The position numbers and the translations under genes were made by a program. 64,000 nt of DNA from Candidatus Latescibacterota bacterium (lineage in GTDB: Bacteria > Krumholzibacteriota > Krumholzibacteriia > WVZY01 > JAKEHA01), in NCBI GenBank assembly GCA_963707635.1, contig OY970173.1, positions 640,001 to 704,000 of the forward strand, in the 5' to 3' direction. The notes below the pieces were generated by a model. The model made no database searches. It was given only the letters and a program-made list of their open reading frames with translations, and was not told the origin of the DNA. This document shows positions 59,943 to 64,000 of this stretch, one piece after another; the first letter of the stretch is position 1, and each line of letters opens with the position of its first letter.

Positions 59943-62168
59943 ATGCGCATGCGACGTGGCTGGCCGTACGCCCTGGCCTTCCTGGTTACGATGGTGTCCG
60001 TCCGGACGGTCGGCGGTGGCAGGATTCACGCGCCCGACCCGGAACCGTCCATCGGTTCAACGGAATGGACTGGCGCCGTGGCGGCGACGAACGCGCCCGC
60101 CACACCCGCGCTCCCGCTCGTCGCGCCGCCGCCGTCGCCGCTGGCTCCGGCGCCCACCGTGGTGGTCGACTGCTTCAACTTCGATACCAATGCCGCGCTG
60201 AACGGCGGGTCGTTGTTCATTCCGCCGGATCCGCACGGCGCCGTCGGCCCCGATCATGTGATCGTGATTGGCAACTGCATCATCGAGTGGCGGCCGAAGC
60301 TGGGCATCACCAGCACCGCCGAATTCCAGTCCAGCCTGAAGAACTTCTTTTCCGCGCTGCCCGGGTCACCTCCGGGTCCGGCGGCCGGCTCGACACTCTC
60401 GACCTTCACTTTCGATCCCAAGGTGATCTACGACCAGTACGCAGGCCGGTTCGTGGTCGTGGCACTGGAACGCTGGATGACCCTGCTCGGCAACCCGTCC
60501 AACCAGTCGCGCATTCTGCTGGCGGTCTCGAAGACGTCCGACCCGAACGACGGGTGGTGGTTCCACGCCATCGATTCCAAGCTCAACGTCGCCGGCGTGG
60601 ACAGCTGGATCGACTATCCCGGACTCGCGTGCGACAACAAGGCCGTCTACGTCACGGGCAACATGTATTCATTCGGCTCGCCGGCCACCTACGGAGGCTC
60701 GCGGGTTTGGGTCATCAACAAGACTCCTACCTACGCGGGACCGAACAACAGCGTGGCCCAGATCCCCTACGACCTGTTCGCCAGCGGTGGCACGCCCACG
60801 ACTGCGCAGCCCGCCCATATGTTCGGAACACTCCCCAACGGTTCCACCGGCCAGCCGCTCGGGACGTTCCTCGTGAGCTATTCCGGGCTGACCGACGGCA
60901 CCAACGAGTACCTCCAGATCGTCGAGCTGACGGATCCGCTGGGCACGGCGGGCGGTCCGTACTTCGCTCTGCAGCAGATCAACCTCGGGAACATCGAGAA
61001 CACCACCGTCGCCCTGCCCACCGCGCCGCAGCTCGGCTCGGGCGTCCCCATCGCGACCAACGACCGGCGCGCGCAGAACGCCGTCTGGAGGAACAACAAC
61101 CTCTACACGTGCGCGACGTACCGGGCGGCGATCGCGCCGAATGCGAACCAGTCGACGGCGCGCTGGTGGCGCGTCAATACCGCGACCCCGGTGCCGGGCC
61201 TGACGATCGCGGACACCGGGATCGCGGGCGGGGAGGACATCAGTGTCGGCGCGTACACGTTTTTCCCGTCGGTCATGGTCGACAGCGACGGAAACATGGC
61301 GATGAACTTTGCACTCTCCGGCCCGACTGTGTACCCGGGCGCGTACTACGCGACCCGCATGGCCGGCGATCCCGCGGGCACGCTCGGGGCCACCTGCACG
61401 CTCCACGCCGGAACGGACTGGTACTACCGCGTGTTCACAGGGACGTCGAACCGATGGGGTGACTTCAGCGCCCTTGTCATCTGTCCGCTCGACGAGGGTG
61501 ACTTCTGGGCGATCAACGAGTACGCCATGACGCGCGGGACGATCACCAACGGAACCCAGGACGGGCGCTGGCAGATGGTGGTCGGCAAGTTCCGGCTCAA
61601 GCCGCTGGTGAGCGTTGCGATCAGCTCGTTCGACGCGGTCACGAAAGATGGCGCCGTGGTGCTGCGCGCCGCGTTCCGTTCCAACCTCGGCGTCGAGTCC
61701 GTAAGCGTGTATCGCGGTGAGGGGACGTCCGGTGACCTGCGCGTGATCGCGACCGAGTTCGGCGCCGGAGAAACCTTCGAATACACGGACCGGACGACGC
61801 ACCCCGGCTCTCATTACCGCTACCAGATCGGCGTGCGCGACGCAGACGGCGAATTTCTCTCGCCCATCGCGGAGGTCGCGGTGCCGGATCTGGAAGCCGC
61901 GCTCGGGCAGAACAGCCCGAACCCGTTCAACCCATCGACGACCATCTCGTTCACGCTGCCGGCGAACGAGCGGGTGACGATCGTGGTCTACGACGCGAGC
62001 GGGAGGATGGTTCGCACCCTCGTCGACGCGAACCGCGATTTCGGCACGCACGAGGTTGCCTGGGACGGACGCGACGACGAGGGGGCAGTGGTCGGCTCGG
62101 GCGTGTACTTCTATCGCCTGACGGCGGGGAAGCACAGCGAGTCGAAGAAGATGGTGCTCTTGAAGTAG
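59943..62168 (+). CDS. array paralog 4 (intact)
   Basis: AAGGAG RBS; PPDPHGAVG and RWGDFS motifs; C-terminal KKMVLLK. Confidence 0.88.
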   Translation: MRMRRGWPYALAFLVTMVSVRTVGGGRIHAPDPEPSIGSTEWTGAVAATNAPATPALPLVAPPPSPLAPAPTVVVDCFNFDTNAALNGGSLFIPPDPHGAVGPDHVIVIGNCIIEWRPKLGITSTAEFQSSLKNFFSALPGSPPGPAAGSTLSTFTFDPKVIYDQYAGRFVVVALERWMTLLGNPSNQSRILLAVSKTSDPNDGWWFHAIDSKLNVAGVDSWIDYPGLACDNKAVYVTGNMYSFGSPATYGGSRVWVINKTPTYAGPNNSVAQIPYDLFASGGTPTTAQPAHMFGTLPNGSTGQPLGTFLVSYSGLTDGTNEYLQIVELTDPLGTAGGPYFALQQINLGNIENTTVALPTAPQLGSGVPIATNDRRAQNAVWRNNNLYTCATYRAAIAPNANQSTARWWRVNTATPVPGLTIADTGIAGGEDISVGAYTFFPSVMVDSDGNMAMNFALSGPTVYPGAYYATRMAGDPAGTLGATCTLHAGTDWYYRVFTGTSNRWGDFSALVICPLDEGDFWAINEYAMTRGTITNGTQDGRWQMVVGKFRLKPLVSVAISSFDAVTKDGAVVLRAAFRSNLGVESVSVYRGEGTSGDLRVIATEFGAGETFEYTDRTTHPGSHYRYQIGVRDADGEFLSPIAEVAVPDLEAALGQNSPNPFNPSTTISFTLPANERVTIVVYDASGRMVRTLVDANRDFGTHEVAWDGRDDEGAVVGSGVYFYRLTAGKHSESKKMVLLK

Positions 62169-62198
62169 CGCGCCGCCGCGAACTAATGGTTCCCATGC

Positions 62199-62231
62199 AG
62201 AGGGCGCCCGATGGGCGCCCTCTCGTGTTTT
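62199..62231 (+). terminator. intrinsic terminator
   Basis: AGAGGGCGCCC-GAT-GGGCGCCCTCT followed by CGTGTTTT. Confidence 0.78.
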
Positions 62232-62258
62232 CGGGCGTCGGTAAGCCAAAGTCGAGCC

Positions 62259-62287
62259 TTGGCGCGCGCGCGCGCGTCGGCTACAAT
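62259..62287 (+). promoter_or_regulatory. sigma70-type promoter of paralog 5
   Basis: TTGGCG-17-TACAAT. Confidence 0.55.
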
Positions 62288-62339
62288 CATGGCACAATTG
62301 CTCGATTGCCACGCACCCACCCCAGGAGGTGACCGTCCC

Positions 62340-64000
62340 ATGCGATCCCGAGCACTCTGGTTGAGCGCGCTAGTATTGACGGTCTCGATGCCGCGGCCAG
62401 TCGACGCCGGCGCGCTGCGCGCCGAAACTCCCACGCCATCCGTTGGTTCCGAAGTGCGGACGGGGCCGCTCGCTCCGACCGTCTCGCCGGCGCCGGCGTC
62501 CCCGGTGGCGCCGCCGCCGCCGGTGTTTTCCCCGGCTCCCGCCGCCGTGGTCGATTGCTTCAACTTCGACACCAACGCCGCGCTCACCGCGGGCTCGCTG
62601 TTCATTCCGCCCGACCCGCATGGGGCGGCCGGGCTCGACCACCTGGTCGTGATCGGCAACGTCACCATCGAGTGGCGGCCGAAGGTGGGGATCAACAGCA
62701 CGCCGCAGTTCCAATCGAGCCTCAAGAGTTTCTTCGCCGCACTCCCGGGTTCACCGCCGGGGCCGGCTGCGGGGACGACGCTGTCGACCTTCACCTACGA
62801 CCCGAAAGTCATCTTCGACCAGTACCGGGGCCGCTTCGTCGCCGTGGCGCTCGAGCGCTGGATGACGGTTCTCGGCAACCCGTCCAACCAGTCGCGCATC
62901 CTGCTCGCGATTTCGAAGACGTCGAATCCGAACGACGGGTGGTGGTTTCACGCCATCGATTCCAGGCTCAATATCGGCGGCCTGGATCGCTGGATCGACT
63001 ACCCGGGGCTCGCCTGCGACGACAAGGCGGTGTATGTCACCGGCAACATGTTCTCCTTCGCGGCGTCGCCCGTTTACGGGGGCACACGCGTCTGGATCAT
63101 CCGGAAAACGCCGGCGTACGACGGACCCAACAACAGTGCCATCGCCACGCCCTACGACCCCTTCACCGACCCGCTGGCGGTGGGGACGACGGCGCAGCCG
63201 GCGCACATGTTCGGAGTCCTTCCCAACGGATCCGGCGGACGGCCCCTGGGCACGTTTCTCGTGAGCTATTCCGGCCTGAACGATAACGTGAACGAGTACC
63301 TGCAGATCGTTGAGCTGACCGATCCGCTCGGCGGAGTCGGCGGGCCGTTCTTCACGTTGCAGCAGATCAATATGGGCGACATCGAGAACACGGGCCTCGG
63401 TCTTCCGACGGCGCCCCAATTGGGCTCGGCAACCACCATTGCGACCAACGACCGGCGCGCGCAGAACGCCGTCTGGCGGGATGACAACCTATACACCTGC
63501 GCGACGTACCGCGCGCCGGCGGCGCCCAACCTGAACCAGGCCACGGCGCGCTGGTGGCGTCTCGACACCAGCGTGGTCGTGCCCGCGCTCACCATTGCGG
63601 ACGCCGGCAACGCCGGTGGAGAAGACATCTCCGTGGGCGCGTACACGTTCTTCCCATCGGTCATGGTCGACTGCGACGGCAACATGGCGCTCAACTTCGC
63701 GCTGTCGGGCCCGACGGTCTATCCCGGCGCCTACTACGCGACCCGCCTGGCGGGCGCACCCGCCGGCACGCTGGGACCGACGTGCACGCTCCACGCGGGG
63801 ACGGACTGGTACTATCGCGTCTTCACCGGGACCTCGAATCGCTGGGGGGACTACAGCGGGATCTCGATCTGCCCGCGCGGCGAGGCCGACTTCTGGGTGG
63901 TCAACGAGTACGCGATGACGCGCGGGACCATCACCAACGGGACACAGGACGGTCGCTGGCAGATGGTCGCCGGGAAGTTTCGCGTGAAGGCCCCGACCGG
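62340..64000 (+). CDS. array paralog 5, truncated by the window end and absent from the ORF track
   Basis: AGGAGG + ATG; reads MRSRALWLSAL..., PPDPHGAAG, RWGDYSG; closest to paralog 4. Confidence 0.88.
   Translation, partial: MRSRALWLSALVLTVSMPRPVDAGALRAETPTPSVGSEVRTGPLAPTVSPAPASPVAPPPPVFSPAPAAVVDCFNFDTNAALTAGSLFIPPDPHGAAGLDHLVVIGNVTIEWRPKVGINSTPQFQSSLKSFFAALPGSPPGPAAGTTLSTFTYDPKVIFDQYRGRFVAVALERWMTVLGNPSNQSRILLAISKTSNPNDGWWFHAIDSRLNIGGLDRWIDYPGLACDDKAVYVTGNMFSFAASPVYGGTRVWIIRKTPAYDGPNNSAIATPYDPFTDPLAVGTTAQPAHMFGVLPNGSGGRPLGTFLVSYSGLNDNVNEYLQIVELTDPLGGVGGPFFTLQQINMGDIENTGLGLPTAPQLGSATTIATNDRRAQNAVWRDDNLYTCATYRAPAAPNLNQATARWWRLDTSVVVPALTIADAGNAGGEDISVGAYTFFPSVMVDCDGNMALNFALSGPTVYPGAYYATRLAGAPAGTLGPTCTLHAGTDWYYRVFTGTSNRWGDYSGISICPRGEADFWVVNEYAMTRGTITNGTQDGRWQMVAGKFRVKAPT

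Noticed and set aside
57411..62231. CRISPR array from the recurring GGGCGCCC hairpins
   Set aside because: Copies are ~2.4 kb apart and follow stop codons, so they are terminators; no cas genes
62262..62276. (CG)n run as a phase-variable promoter spacer
   Set aside because: Short and plausible by chance at this GC content; no evidence of length variation
787..62312. Many long antisense or alternate-frame ORFs (e.g. 38065-40428, 57960-60029, 49795-51525)
   Set aside because: Arg/Gly/Ala-rich shadow ORFs of high-GC genes with no recognisable motifs
52148..64000. Diversity-generating retroelement behind the repeated 3' ends
   Set aside because: No reverse transcriptase in the window; mismatches are mostly synonymous and not adenine-specific; all copies are genic

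Overview
High-GC bacterial chromosomal window with about 50 protein genes. It probably comes from a diderm FCB-group candidate phylum such as Krumholzibacteriota or Latescibacterota; this is inferred from seven genes (plus a truncated array paralog) encoding secreted proteins with a 'PNPFNP...WDGRD...SGVYFYRL...KMVLLK' FlgD-Ig/T9SS-like C-terminal domain. Core genes are miaB, a tdh-like gene, kbl, thrC, purT, tag and ptrB. A peptidase-rich stretch holds M48, M28, S9, an ACE-like M2 and an S58 protein that closely resembles nylon hydrolase NylC. Also present are two frameshifted Ser/Thr kinases and a pilin behind a sigma-54 promoter. An NHEJ locus (ku, ligD) has an adjacent TPR protein with a beta-clamp-type motif (QMNLF) and a nearby DUF72 gene. 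The window ends in a tandem array of at least 5 paralogous secreted 'PPDP...RWGDYS' proteins with homogenised 3' ends. Signals not visible in the ORF track are a palindromic repeat family with one copy translated in frame inside thrC, an internally deleted cytochrome c relic, a DUF72 3'-end relic marking a duplication junction, and several probable leaderless promoters. I recognised no rRNA, tRNA, CRISPR array, transposase or reverse transcriptase. All family calls come from motif recognition, not database searches.
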